From Octopus sinensis (Eukaryota): 64,000 nt of DNA. The translations under genes and the position numbers were made by a program. The notes under the pieces are model-generated. The model saw nothing but the letters and a program-made list of their open reading frames with translations. It searched no databases and was not told the DNA's origin. This document shows positions 22,660 through 35,682 of this stretch, piece after piece; positions within the stretch are counted from its first letter, which is position 1, and the number at the start of each line of letters is the position of its first letter. The DNA is taken from assembly GCF_006345805.1 (NCBI RefSeq), contig NC_043019.1, forward strand, positions 15,127,360 through 15,191,359. Direction: 5' to 3'.

Positions 22660-23010
22660 ATAACAAAGAGTAAAGATCCCATTTTGGTCATGAATGACCA
22701 TGCAATTGCACCTAGAAAGTTCCCCTCTGAAGCACAAGTCCAGGCAAGGTTGTTTATGGAAGACCAGCAGTCGCCCATGCATACAAGCCCCACCTCTCCA
22801 TGTCATTGATGTTATCCAAGGGGAAGGCAAAGGGGCCGATACAGCTTGGCACCTGTGATGTTACAACACATTTCTACAGCTGAGTGAACTGGAGCAATGT
22901 GAAATAAAATGTCTTGCTCAAGAACACGACAGACAGCTCAGTCCCAGAATCGAACACACAACCTCAGGATTGTAAGCCCAATGCTCTAACCATTGAGCCA
23001 CGCATCTCCA
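22660..23010 (-). mobile_element. tRNA-headed SINE family D
   Basis: Minus-strand head TGGAGATGCGTGGCTCAATGGTTAGAGC...GTTCGATTCTGG. The body is shared with 61080-61270. Confidence 0.7.
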
Positions 23011-23369
23011 CATAAACATACTTGTGCGAAAAAACGTTGTTGCTTTGAATTAAAATGCCTTGTGGTATTTCAATCCATCTCAGTTACCGCCCTTTACACA
23101 TTTTTTTATTCATTCTTTTTCTCCAAGGCCAGTATAAAGAAATACCAGCCAGACGAACACGCAATGAGAAAATGTAAGAAGGGTGGGATCGCCATAATCA
23201 ACAACAACAGCAACTCTTTCCATAGAGGTAGTGCTCCAGTATGGCGGCAATCCAATTAGAGAAATCAGTACAAAAGATAAAAAGGAACAGAATATAATAA
23301 AAAATATGTTCATTTTAAGCCCATCCACCCACCTTTGAAAAGAAATATTTTTTTTTAAAAAATGAAAGG

Positions 23370-23404
<35 letters not shown>

Positions 23405-24319
23405 AATGTCCGCCGTGTATAAATTCTGACAATTTCGGTAATTTTGCATTTGAATTCATCCGGATTGTGAATGAGCAGCTACAAAGAATGGAGGAGATTA
23501 TGTAGCGGAACTAAGCCCGTATGAATGTCACCTTTCCAGTTTTTCTAGTTTGGCTGACGACGATCGACACGGAATGTTCAAGGTTGAGTCACTGCGATTA
23601 GGGTTACTACTGCTGCTTGAAAAATATGCTAATTCCTGAATCATTTTCTCCAAACTAGTACAGAAACAATTCGACAAGGTGCTCAGCTTTACTTTGCTCT
23701 CCCTCTCTCTCTTTCTCTCTCTCTCTATCTCTACAACTCACTGCTCTCTTTTCGGCTGCCTCTCTCTTTCCACCACATACACACGCGCACACATGCACAG
23801 AAAGCCGCACGCTGCTGTTACGCCATCAAAACTACTCCTCGTGAACTGGTCTACCTGTAATCAGACTACAAGCTGTTCACCTGTGTACAATTGTCTTCCC
23901 ACACTGTTTGCTTATACCCACATGTTGTTGTGGCATTTGTCATTGATAATATTGTTGTCTATCGGTCTCTTTTGCCAAACTGCTAAGTTACGGGGATGCA
24001 AACACACCAGCATCAGTTGTCAAGTGATGTTGGGAGGGACAAACACTGGCCCAAGGCTATAGTAGAAGACACTTGCCCAAGGTGCCATGCAGTGGAACTG
24101 AACCCAGAACCATGTACTTGGTAAGCAAGGTACTTACCACACGGCCACTCCTGTGCCTATTATATACAGTGAATGGTTATGTAGGTCCAGTAGAGTAAAA
24201 TGGGGAGTGGGGTTTAAAAGGGATCTAGGGGCAAAAAGATGGTTGAGAACCACTGATCTAAGCTGTAACTAGAGAGAGATATGACTGTTATTTCTAGCAG
24301 ATTGAGTGACCATATAAGG

Positions 24320-24793
24320 CAGTGGTTCTCCATTAGAGTCCATATAAGATTTTGTTGTTTATGTGCAATAAATCTGTTGCACTTCTATAAACACAAAATA
24401 TTTTAACGAGCTTTTTTTAATACAATTCCTAATAGTATTTAATTATGGAAATATAATAGGATATTTTTAACCTTTTGGCAATCAGATTATCCTGTCAAAC
24501 GTAATGCTAATGCATTCACATTGTTTTGGATTAACCATGAACGATCTGAAAGCTTTGAGATTTTCAAGATGTAAATGTTTATTTTTAAAATGACATTGTA
24601 AGGTATGTGTGTTTGGGAGAGGCTGGATCTGGCCAGTTTGAACATAAAACCAGTAGGATATTTGGGCCTGGTATGGCCAGTTTAAATGCTAAAGGGTTAA
24701 TTATTGAACAGCCATAGGGAGGGAGGTCCACTTGAATAAAATAGGGATCAAAGAGGTCCAAAAGAAATTTTTTTAAATGGTTGAGAACCACTG
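24320..24793. mobile_element. hAT-like MITE hosting a TTAA element
   Basis: CAGTGGTTCTC ... GAGAACCACTG termini. A related copy lies at 47640-48420. No clear TSD. Confidence 0.7.
24471..24696. mobile_element. piggyBac-like MITE family P2
   Basis: TTAA|CCTTTTGGCAAT ... AATGCTAAAGGG|TTAA. Related copies at about 21440-21625, 26109-26543 and 33925-34137. Confidence 0.8.
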
Positions 24794-24854
24794 AGGCAGA
24801 TAGAAAAGGTTGTTTGTATGAGGGCCAGAAATCACAGAAGTGGTGACAATAGGC

Positions 24855-24892
<38 letters not shown>

Positions 24893-26108
24893 GATAGTAT
24901 GGTTGAGTAATAGGCAGAAAGAGAGAGAGAGGGGAGCCGGTATAGCTGAGCCAGAGGTCATAGTGTGTTGGAGAGTGAGTCAATAGTCGTATATAAATAT
25001 TGACGGAGCATTGTTAGACGCAACGTCAAACTTAGGCAGGCTGTATAAATATCAAAAGGAAACCTATAGACAATATTATATGTGAAATACAAATAGACGT
25101 ATACAAATATGGAAGGAAAAAGAATCGAAAAAAAGAAAAGACCTGGAAAATACAGCCTTATTGGGTTGTGACATTTTCTCAGTGTCAAAAACACAAACAG
25201 GCAACAAGGAACCAACTATGTGGTTGCTTGGCCTGCCAGAAATAGCAGCCAAATTGTCCCCCAAATTACGCCTTATTGTCTAACAGAAAGAAGTCAGATG
25301 GAATAATTTAGTCCTTAGCTGCATTGTGTCTGAAAGTATATATCTGTCACAATACTGACATACACACACACACACACACGTATATATATACGTATATATA
25401 TTGAATACATATTAGTCACACATATCACTTATACATACCAGTCATGCACTTACACATTGAGGAGATGAGGGAGTCTCAAAGCAGTCACTTGATTTGCTAG
25501 AAACAGCAGCCAAATCTACCCTCGAGTAACACTCTACCATCTAAACAAACAGACAGACAGACAGATAGATAATGGTGTGTGGTTATGAAGCTTGCTTCGC
25601 AACCAAGTGGTTTCGGGTTCAGCCCCACTGCACAGCACCATGGGAAAATGTCTTCTACTATAGCCCCAGACCAACCAAGGCCCAATGAGTGAATTTGGTA
25701 GACAAAAACCGTGTAGAAGATCACCGTGTGTATGTGTGTGTAACCCCACCACCACCACTACCACTACTCACTGATTGACAACCAGTGTTGGTTTGTTTAC
25801 ATCTCCATAACCTAGCAGTTCGGGGAAAGCTACTGATAGAATGGATACTAGACTTTAAAAACTAAATTTGAGGTCGATTTTTTCGACTAAAACCCTTCAA
25901 GGTTGTGCCCCAGCATGACCACAGTCCAATGACTGAAACAAGTGAAAAATGGAAAGAAAAAAAAATGAAATGAAATGAAAAGCATTTATCAGACAACGTG
26001 GGTCCTGATACATGAAGAAAGAAACAAATCCGAACAGCATTTGGTAACAAGGCTGCTCTTTGATCATGGCTGACCTTGGATATGGTCAGTTTAAATACTA
26101 AAAGCTTA

Positions 26109-26543
26109 ACTCTTTAGCAAACAGATTACTCTGTCAAGTGTAATGCATACTTATCTACATTGTTTTAAGTTAACCTTTTGAGACACGCAGTGTTTTGGTA
26201 CGTGTTGCCAAAAAGACCAAACTTTTTTCTATTAAGATACACCTACAGAAAGACAATCTCTGATTAGCCGTTACACTTCAAAACCAACCACTCACATTTG
26301 TCCCATCAGGCCAATAGATCGACCTCAAAGTCCTCTCAGCTTGTATCATGTGGGCCAATCAATCAGCCTGGGTCTCCCAAGAGGATTAACCATGCATCAC
26401 CTTGTAGTTGTGTTTTCGATGATGTGATTCTTTCTTTTTAGAATGGCGTTGTAGGGTAAGTGTGAGAAGCTAGATTTGACTGGTTTCAACACAAACCAGA
26501 AGGAATATTCAGGCCGGTTATGGCCAGTTTGAAGGCTAAAGAG
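26109..26543. mobile_element. P2 MITE with a second TTAA-flanked MITE nested at 26174-26385
   Basis: Outer TTAA|CTCTTTAGCA...GCTAAAGAG. Inner TTAA|CCTTTTGAGAC...GTCTCCCAAGAGGA|TTAA. Confidence 0.7.
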
Positions 26544-26667
26544 CAGTGTTCTGTTACCTTTTTTTTTTAATTTGCGGTACACATATTCTTTTCAAAATTT
26601 GGCAACACACCTGAACTAAAAATGGAACTAAATGTATAAAGATAAAAATTATATTCAGGTTATACTG

Positions 26668-26930
26668 CGGCACTGTGGCTTAGTGGTTAGGGTGTCAGCA
26701 CCATGATCATAAAATTGTGGTTTCGATTCCTGGACCGGGCGACGCATTGTGTTCTTGAGCAAAACACTTCATTTCATGTTGCTCCAGCCTATTCAGCTGG
26801 CAAAAATGAGTAACGCTGCGATGGACTGGCGTCCCGTCCAGCTGGGGAACACATACGCCATAGAAACCGGGAAACCAGGTCCATGAGCCTGGCTAGGCTT
26901 TAAAAGGGCGCATTTATTTATTTTTTTTTT
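26668..26930 (+). mobile_element. tRNA-headed SINE family C with V-domain-like core and TSD
   Basis: Head GTGGCTTAGTGGTTAG...GTTTCGATTCC and core CTGCGATGGACTGGCGTCCCGTCCAG. Direct repeat TATACTGCGGCAC at 26661-26673 and 26930-26942. Confidence 0.75.
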
Positions 26931-27619
26931 ATACTGCGGCACACCTAGCATTGTCCCGTGGCAGATTGTTTGTGGAGGACTGCTAAAAAGTTAAATAATC
27001 TTAGACAAGAGGGGAGAACAGAAAAGCCTTTACTTACATATTCTTTAAAAGAAGGTAAACCAGTAAGCCAAACAACCGTGAAGCATTCAACAGATCATTC
27101 CTCTAAACCTCCAGGGTTAACAAAACAAGCAAAGTCCTTATTTAGAAATTCTTCAGAAGAAATGGTAAATCCTTAAATCCATGAACCGATTTGAGCAACA
27201 AGTCAAAATGTTGGAATTTAAGAGAAAAATTCTTTCTCAAAGTTTGTTTATATAAACAACCACAGGGGTAAGGTGAAAGAAAAAAAAAGAAGTTAGGCTT
27301 CCTCTGGTGATTTATGTAAAAATGAAACAACACTGTTCCAGCCAGTATCACAAAACTTGGTGAATATGGAGGAAGGCTGTTTTCATTGACGTTTGTATTA
27401 GATAACCCACAGTCACACACATACACACATGCACACGTACACGCAAACACACACACACACACACACAATATAACTGGCACTTAGATTACAGAATGGCTTT
27501 TCATTTTTATGTAATTCATTATTTTTTTTTAATTACAGTAATGAGCTTCTTGGTAAACACCCTCACTGACACCCTCTCAATCCATTCCAAGTTTGACTAC
27601 TCCTATCTATTTGTTCAGT

Positions 27620-27808
27620 ATTATCAGCAAACATTCTCTCTCTCTCTCTCTCTCTGCTTCTCTCTCTCTCTCTGCTTCTCTCTCTCTCTCTGCTTCTCTC
27701 TCTCTCTACCTCTATCTGTCTGTCTGTCTCTCTCTCTCTCTCTATCTCTGTCTCTCCCTGTCTTTCTCTCTATCTCCCTGCCTACCCTTATCTCTCTCTC
27801 TCTGCCTT

Positions 27809-27841
<33 letters not shown>

Positions 27842-27906
27842 ACTTCTCTCTATCCCTTTACCTGTATCCCTCTCTCTCTCCCTTTTTACACACCCCACTC
27901 TCTCTG

Positions 27907-27992
<86 letters not shown>
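27620..27992. repeat. (CT)n/(CTGT)n microsatellite
   Basis: Directly visible. Confidence 0.95.
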
Positions 27993-27995
<3 letters not shown>

Positions 27996-28731
27996 CACAC
28001 ACACAAAGATTCTACCCAACCTCTAGATTTTTCTTTCCTCATTCCACTCTGCAAACTTTCTCCCCTCACTTACTATTTACCGATGCCGAAGCCAAAGTGA
28101 AAGAACATCCCTGCTTTCCTCGGAACCTCTACCACTTCACCATTGTTACATAACAACAACAACAACAACTTTCTATTTATCATTTTGTTTTCATTGCTTT
28201 CTACCACCACCACCGTCACCACCACTCACCACTGCTGCCACCGTCACCCTCACCACCACCACCATCATCACACCACCACCACCATCATCACCACCACCAC
28301 CACCCCATTTTTCCAGCGTAAAAAAAAACAAAAACAAAACAAAAAGACAAAACCATTAACAGACTGAAATACCTCCTTCAAACGAAACAATGGAATCGGT
28401 CTAAATTAAAAGCAACCGAAACAATTGTAATCTATTTTAAGTCACAAACGAACCAAATTAGACACCCTCGTTCTCTCCGATGCCTTTTATTGGTGAGAGG
28501 AAAAAGAAAAGAAACGAGAAACCCAGTGTCCCCTTCTTTCGTCTTTTGGATGCAACGAAATAATGGCAGGTTTTAACACTTTGTCAAATAGATATACATT
28601 CCTGATATTATTGCAATTTGTCTTTATAAAATTATAATTATAACAGGATGCTAATTAGCATTCGTTAGTTATCAGATATATAAAACATCACCAACAAGTA
28701 ATTTAATAAACAAACATTTGTCTAATTACTG

Positions 28732-28765
<34 letters not shown>

Positions 28766-29609
28766 TGTAGATAAGTATTTAATTGTTACTGTCAAAGTTG
28801 GGATGAAAAATACCCACAACACAGGGTGACCTTTATAAGAGATAGATGTGTGTGTGTGTGACTATACACATTGACATATGCAAATACATACACCAAGTGT
28901 TGGGAAGTGAACAAACTGATAAGAGAATTTGGAAATTTTAAACACGCATACACAAACATACAGTAATACATACATGCATGCATAGCACATATACATACAT
29001 ACACAAGCACAAACATGTGGTAATATGAATAAACTTCACAAGGTATGTCATCGTACCTTGCGAGGTTTATGTATAATCAAGGCGGTTGGTTATTCATTAA
29101 GAGTGCTCTACAACTAATGAAAAACTAGTTGAGGCTATGATCAATGTCTCTGTGAAATAAATAAATAAAAGTGAAAGAGCAAGTCTCAAGTATACCTACA
29201 TATAATAATATATGCATATAATTACCTTACAGTAAATCTTCCAGGACACCTAGATGTTTCAAGGACTACTTGCTTCTTCAGCCAGTGTTGAAAGAGATAG
29301 GTTCTCATGAAACCAAACTATAGATAGCAGTCAACCACCGAGGGGTTGAATATACAGGGATCAGAATGAAGTAAAGGGGACAAAGTGAGCGCTTTTAGAT
29401 AATTGTATTAACTAGGTGGAGTAAAAGAAAAAAGCTCCAGAGTAGTTCATGAGGATAGATTCTGAGTTACAATATTTTTTAAATATCCAGAACTTTTTTA
29501 TGTGTTAATCAGATATACACATGATCATCACAAGATACATTTTAATTAATTTAAACAAGGCAGATACTCATTAGTGTTATAACAAAACATACAAAGCCAA
29601 CATGTATAC

Positions 29610-29676
<67 letters not shown>

Positions 29677-29748
29677 TAAAGATAGATAGATATATAGATA
29701 GATAGATATACATATATATGTATACACACACACACACATATATATGCA

Positions 29749-29779
<31 letters not shown>

Positions 29780-30049
29780 GACATATATATGTACACGTAC
29801 ACACATATATCTCGTTGCTATTATGTTAAACAGTTGTATGTCCAAATTTGGCCAAATGCGTTTTATTCAATATTAATTCAAACTATCGTATCTCCAGCTG
29901 CTTCAGATGCCAAGATACCAGAAACTGTCCAAGTGTAGTACAACAGTTTTGCTATGAAATGGTAAAGCTATTTTTTTGTTTCCCAAAAAAACCCAAATTT
30001 TGGACTTTTGACACTTTTGTATAAAAGCAACGATATATATATATTCTTC

Positions 30050-30432
30050 TTTTATTCTTTTATTTGTTTCAGTCATTTGACTGCAGCCATGCTGGGGCAT
30101 CACCTTTAGTTGAGCAAATTGACCCCAGCACTTATTCTTTGTAAGCCTAGTACTTATTCTATCGGTCTCTCTTGCCAAACCGCTAAGTTACAGGGACATA
30201 AACACACCAGCATCGGTTGTCAAGCGATATTGGGGGGAACAAACACAGACACACAAACACACACACACAAACACACGTATATACATATATACGACGGGCT
30301 TCTTTCAGTTTCCGTCTACCAAACCCACTCACAAGGCTTCGGTCGCCCCGAGGCTATAGTAGAAGACACTTGCCCAAGGTGCCATGCAGTGGGACTGAAC
30401 CTGGAAGCATGCGGCTGGTAAGCAAGCTCCTT
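30050..30432 (-). mobile_element. SINE family A
   Basis: Near full-length reverse copy. Confidence 0.85.
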
Positions 30433-30823
30433 ACACACACACACACACACATATATATATACATGCTTGTATTACCATTACATTACAGAGACGTACACAA
30501 TTACACAGAAAGCAAGAGAAGAAGAGGAAGAGGATGACATAGTGATGACTTCAATATGCAACTGTTTAATTTTATGGTTTTTTCCCAAATTACTTCCTTA
30601 ACCCAACATCAAATAAAACAGACTATCTATAATCTATTAATTCTGACTTACATATTAACAATTTGTAAATTTCAGAACTTCAAAACATTATGACAGTTCA
30701 CTAAAATAGCAACGAATTACTGTGTTCTGTTTTTAACCCTTTTGTTATCGCATTTCTGTTGAAATTCACTGCATTTGATTCAATCAATTTCGAAGAAAAT
30801 GAAAAACTTAGTAAAACAATTTC

Positions 30824-30990
30824 AATAGGTGTAGGAGTGGCTGTGTGGTAAGTAGCTTGCTTACGAACCACATGGTTCTGGGTTCAGTCCCACTGCGTGA
30901 CACCTGGGGCAAGTGTCTTCTACTATAGCCTCGAGTCGACCAAAGCCTTGTGAGTGGATTTGGTAAATGGAAACTGAAAAGAAGCCCGTT
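30824..30990 (+). mobile_element. SINE family A head, inserted into a P1 MITE fragment
   Basis: AGGTGTAGGAGTGGCTGTGTGG...GAAACTGAAAAGAAGCCCG. Confidence 0.8.
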
Positions 30991-31099
30991 GGAGAATATT
31001 ATTAGAAAGCTTTAATTCTAACGTTAGCATACTGGACAAAACACTGTCTTTACATTCCAGGTGCAAATTCCGCTGTGTTTTGACTTTGTGTTTTACCTT

Positions 31100-31150
<51 letters not shown>

Positions 31151-31486
31151 TGTGTACAGTGCTCAGGTGCACTACAACTCATCTAAAGTGTATATATAAT
31201 CAGGTGTGTATAGGTGTATAATATATAGGTTTTATTATGAGGTTGATAAAATAAGTACCAGTTATATACTGGCATTTCAGACTTTGTGCCTATAGCAAAA
31301 AGCATCGTTAAGCTGGAGTTTAGAAGATAATTTAACGTGCAACTTTGATAGATGATAATTTAGATCATTTTAAACTTTTTATCATTTTTCTGTTAAAACA
31401 TTCTGCTTTCATTTCAATTAATTTTGAAAATAACAAAGAACTTCAGATAATAACTGTCATAATTAAACTGCTTTTTAGAACATTAA

Positions 31487-31708
31487 CCTTTCTGTTACCG
31501 TATTTATTTCGAGATGCTTTCTATTTCTTTCAATTCATTTTAAATATAACAAATGACTTAGTAAAATGACTTAGTGATCATTAAACTGGTGTTAGGAACA
31601 TAAATTGCGACTAAGGTTTGGTGGAAGACTTTCATTCAGCACTTTTGAAAACAAGACATTTGAACTACAGAGCCAGTGGCAGTTTCAGCCGGTTTGGTAA
31701 TATTAGGG
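31487..31708. mobile_element. piggyBac-like MITE family P1
   Basis: TTAA|CCTTTCTGTTACC ... GGTAATATTAGGG|TTAA. Confidence 0.8.
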
Positions 31709-31807
31709 TTAACTGTTACCATGGCAACATGGAAGTATAATATATTAAAATCTGTGTGGTGATTCCTGTTTCTCGCTAATAACCGTTTCATTTTCAGTAG
31801 TTGTTAA

Positions 31808-32012
31808 CCCTTTTGTTGCCATATTCCTGTTGAAATGCTCCGTGTTTCTTTCAATTAATTTTCAGTATAACAAAGAATTTAATAAAATAACTTAGTCACC
31901 ATTCAGCTAGTGTTAGGAACATAAATTGTGACTAAGGTTTGGAGGAAGATTTTCATTCAGAACTAATGAAAACAAGACAGAGGTGGTTTCAACCAGGTTG
32001 GTAACGAAAGGG
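31808..32012. mobile_element. piggyBac-like MITE family P1
   Basis: TTAA|CCCTTTTGTTGCCA ... TGGTAACGAAAGGG|TTAA. Confidence 0.88.
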
Positions 32013-32067
32013 TTAAACATAGAGGAACGGAAATCTTAATGGAAATTTTTAATTTACTTTTTACATT

Positions 32068-32690
32068 CTCTTTTACTCTTTTACTTGTTTCAGTCATTTG
32101 ACTGAGGTCATGCTGGAGCACCGCCTTTAGTCGAGCAAATCGCCCCCAGGACTTATTCTTTGTAAGCCTAGCACTTATTCTATCGGTCTCTTTTGCTGAA
32201 CTGGTAAGTTACAGGGACATAAACACACCAGCATCGGTTGTCAAGCGATGTTGGGGGGAAAAACACAGACACAAACACATACACACATCATCATCATCAT
32301 CATGTTTACGTCCACTTTCCATGCTAGCATGGGGACGGTGAATAGGGTCGGGAAGCCAGGAGGTTGCACCAGGCTCCAGTCTGAATCTGGCAGTGTTTCT
32401 ACAGGGGATGCCCTTCCTAATGCCACCACTCCGTGAGTGTTGTATACGTGCCACCGGCACAGGTGCCAGGCGAGCTGCAACGGCACGATTGTTTGGTGCT
32501 TTGTACGTGCCACCGCGCACTTACGTATATATACATATATATATACGACGGGCTTCTTTCAGTTTCCATCTACCAAATCCACTCACAAGGCTATAGTAGA
32601 AGACACTTGCCCAAGGTGCCACGCAGTGGGATTGAACCCGGAACCATGTTGTTGGTAAGCAAGCTACTCACCACACAGCCACTCCTGCAC
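32068..32690 (-). mobile_element. SINE family A with nested RTE tail (about 32287-32520)
   Basis: Same nesting pattern as at 11.4 kb. Confidence 0.85.
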
Positions 32691-33169
32691 CCTAGATCAC
32701 TTTATGTCCACTTTAACTCTTGCGTTAGCATATTTCTGTTAAAATGCTTTTGTTTGAATTAGTTTTCAGAATAACGAAGAAAAAATAATTTTCTCGTTAA
32801 TTAAGCCGGTGTTTGGAACATAAATCAGCAGGAAATTTTGATAGATCTTAATTTAGGTCACCTCAAACAAAAAGTTGGTGTCATAAAATCAGTATGTGTC
32901 ACAGGCAGGTTCATTTCAAAAGAGCTGATAATTTATAGTCGTAATTTCTTTGAAAAATATTAAGCTTTCAACGAATATTCCTTTATTTTATTTTTTATTT
33001 TTTGGTTTTTTTACAAATAATCAATTTTGTCTTTCAACCAATTTTTCTGTTCTTTCTTTGACCAATGTGTCTTTTGGCCAATTTGTTTTGGCTGTTCCAA
33101 GACCCATATATACAAACACAAACACATGCATATATGCACACACATGTATGCATATGCACATATACACGT

Positions 33170-33900
33170 ACAGTATATGAAACCATGTCTTCATACTATA
33201 CACTTTTATAAAGTAAACCATACCCTTATGCAATATACTTTCCCACAGTAAACATTGTCCACACAATATTTTCCACAGTATAAGGCAGCGAGCTGGCAGA
33301 AACATTAGGACACCAAGCAAAATGCTTACCAGTATTTCATCTGTCTTTACGTTCTGAGTTCAAATTCCACCGAGGTCAACTTTGCCTTTCATCCTTTCGG
33401 GGTCGATAAATTAAGTACCAGATGCATACTGGAGTCGATCTAATTGACTGTCCCCCTTCCCAAAAATGTCGGGTTTTGTGCCTAGAGTAGAAAAGAATAT
33501 TTCCCACAGTAAACCATGCCCTTATACATTATACTTTACCACAGTAAACTTTTTCCACACAATATTTTCCACAGTAAACCATGCCCTTATACAATATGCT
33601 TTACCACAGTAAACTTTGTCCACACAATATTTTCCACAGTAAACCATGCCCTTATATGTTATACTTTACCACGGTAAACTTTGTCCACACAATATTTTCC
33701 ACAGTAAACCATGCCCTTATATGTTATACTTTACCACGGTAAACTTTGTCCACACAATATTTTCACAGTAAACCATTCTCTTATACAAAATAGTTCACAA
33801 TAAACTATGCCCTTTTCCACAGTAAACTATGTCCTCACACAATAACATTAGTTTTCCACATTAAACTAAAACCTCACACACCCACATACTTTCCACAATA
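33170..33900 (+). repeat. 65-bp minisatellite (two CCACAGTAAAC sub-units) interrupted by a SINE
   Basis: AAACCATGCC/AAACCATT recurs at 33511, 33576, 33641, 33706 and 33770. Confidence 0.85.
33281..33497 (+). mobile_element. Full-length SINE family B
   Basis: Head to tail ...GTGCCTAGAGTAGAAAAGAATAT. Flanked by AATATTT(T/C)CCACAGTA, which is either a TSD or an array unit. Confidence 0.85.
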
Positions 33901-34589
33901 CCAATTTTCCACGTTAGCCCATTAACATTTAAACCAGCCATATCTGGCCCAAATATCCTACCTGTTTTGTTAAAATTAAGTAGGTCCAGCCCCTCACACC
34001 TACCCTACAATGTCATTCCAAAAATAAACAATCACACCAACAGAACCTTGAAGCTATGAGACAGCACACGGTTAATTCAAAACAATGGGAAACAAGCATT
34101 ACATTTGGCAGAATAATTCCAATGTGAGGAGGCTAAACCCTACTTTCACACAGACATTTTCAACTGGTTCCAACCTCTTCCCACAGCTGGCCCCTCCACT
34201 CTCCCTCGAATGCCTATCCGCACAATTTCCATGCCCTCACCATACTCAACAAGCCACTTCTAATTCCTCTCGTCATCACTTAATATCTCTGGAGTCTCTG
34301 AACATATCTCCTCATACACTTGTGGAACATCCCCTCTGCCCTCTCAGTACTACCCCTTGTTCAATATGGGCATTCTTGCTCTCTCTCTCACTCTGACTGT
34401 CTGTCTGTCTCTCTCTCTCTCTCTAACCCTCCCATCTTCTTTTTCTTGCCTTGTCCTGAGGTAGCCAAGTAAGAGGGTTACCTCTGTCCCCCTACCGTAC
34501 TCTAATCCCTCAGTCCCACTCCCTCTGTCAGCTGACAGAACTTTGTCTCGTGAGCTCATGGATGCTGGTCTCACGTAAGAGGCACCTGT

Positions 34590-34965
34590 GCCAGTGCCAT
34601 GTAAAAGACACGCATGTGGGTTCCACGTAAAAGGTACGCATGAGGGTGTCACGTAAAAGGCACATGTGGGGATGTAACATAAAAGGCATGCATGCTAGTG
34701 TCAAGTAAAAGGTACGCATGAGGGTGTCACGTAAAAGGCACACATGGGGATGCCATGTAAAAGGTACACATGCTAGTGTCAGGTAAAAAGCATGTCAGGT
34801 ATGAGGGTGTCAAATAAAAGGCATGCATAAGGGTGTCAGGTATGAGGGTGTCAAATAAAAGGAATGCATAAGGGTGTCACACAAAAGGCACACATGGGGA
34901 TGCCACATAAAAGACACGCATGATGGTGCCACATAAAAGGCACCCAAGATGGTGTCACGTGAAAG
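34590..34965 (+). repeat. 26-bp minisatellite (GTCACGTAAAAGGCACGCATGAGGGT-like)
   Basis: GTAAAAG recurs at 34601, 34627, 34653, 34679 and onward. About 14 degenerate units. Confidence 0.85.
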
Positions 34966-35640
34966 GCATGCATGTTGGTGGAGAAACACATCATGTTCCC
35001 TCAAAGCAACATTTTCCATGGATGTATGGTTAAGAAGCTCACTTTGCAACCACATGGCTGTGGGTTCAATCCCAGTGTGCAGCACCTAAGGGAAGTGTCT
35101 TCTGCAATAGTTCCAGGCCAACCAATGCCTTGTGAGTGAATCTGGGAGACAGAAACTGTACGGAAGCCTAATTCATATAGGTATTTTATGGACAACCTTG
35201 TATATATGAATGTGTATGTGTGTGTATCTGTGTCTCTGTCATACACTCTGCCACAGCTTCACAATAGACGTTGGTTTGTTTATGTCCCCTGTAATTTAGC
35301 AGTTCAGATGGAAAAAGTACCAGTCTTAACAAAAGAAAAAAAAAACAATAACATAAGTACCAGGCTCGATTCATTCGACCAAAACCCTAAAACCCTTTAG
35401 GGCAGTGCCTCGCCATGACCGCAGCGCAATAACTGAAACAACTAAAGGCTAATAAAGATAAAAGGTACCCATAGCTGGGAGGGGAGGTGGTCCAGCAGGG
35501 GCAAAGCATTTATGGGGACGACACATTTGGGGGTGGCAAGAATGGGGGAATCAACAAATTCAAGGGCCACCTCAGGCAGCACGCAGTCTCTAACTACAAC
35601 CCTGACATTTTCCCTAGTAAACCACACACACACACACATG

Positions 35641-35682
<42 letters not shown>

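Noticed and set aside
26958-27176. ORF LRQEGRTEKPLLTYSLKEGKPVSQ...
   Set aside because: It starts inside a MITE end and no family was recognised. A strong minus-strand donor (TAT|GTAAGT) has no open upstream frame.
34140-34370. Possible reverse-strand LINE ORF remnant
   Set aside because: Hand translation gave no convincing RTE or CR1 motif.
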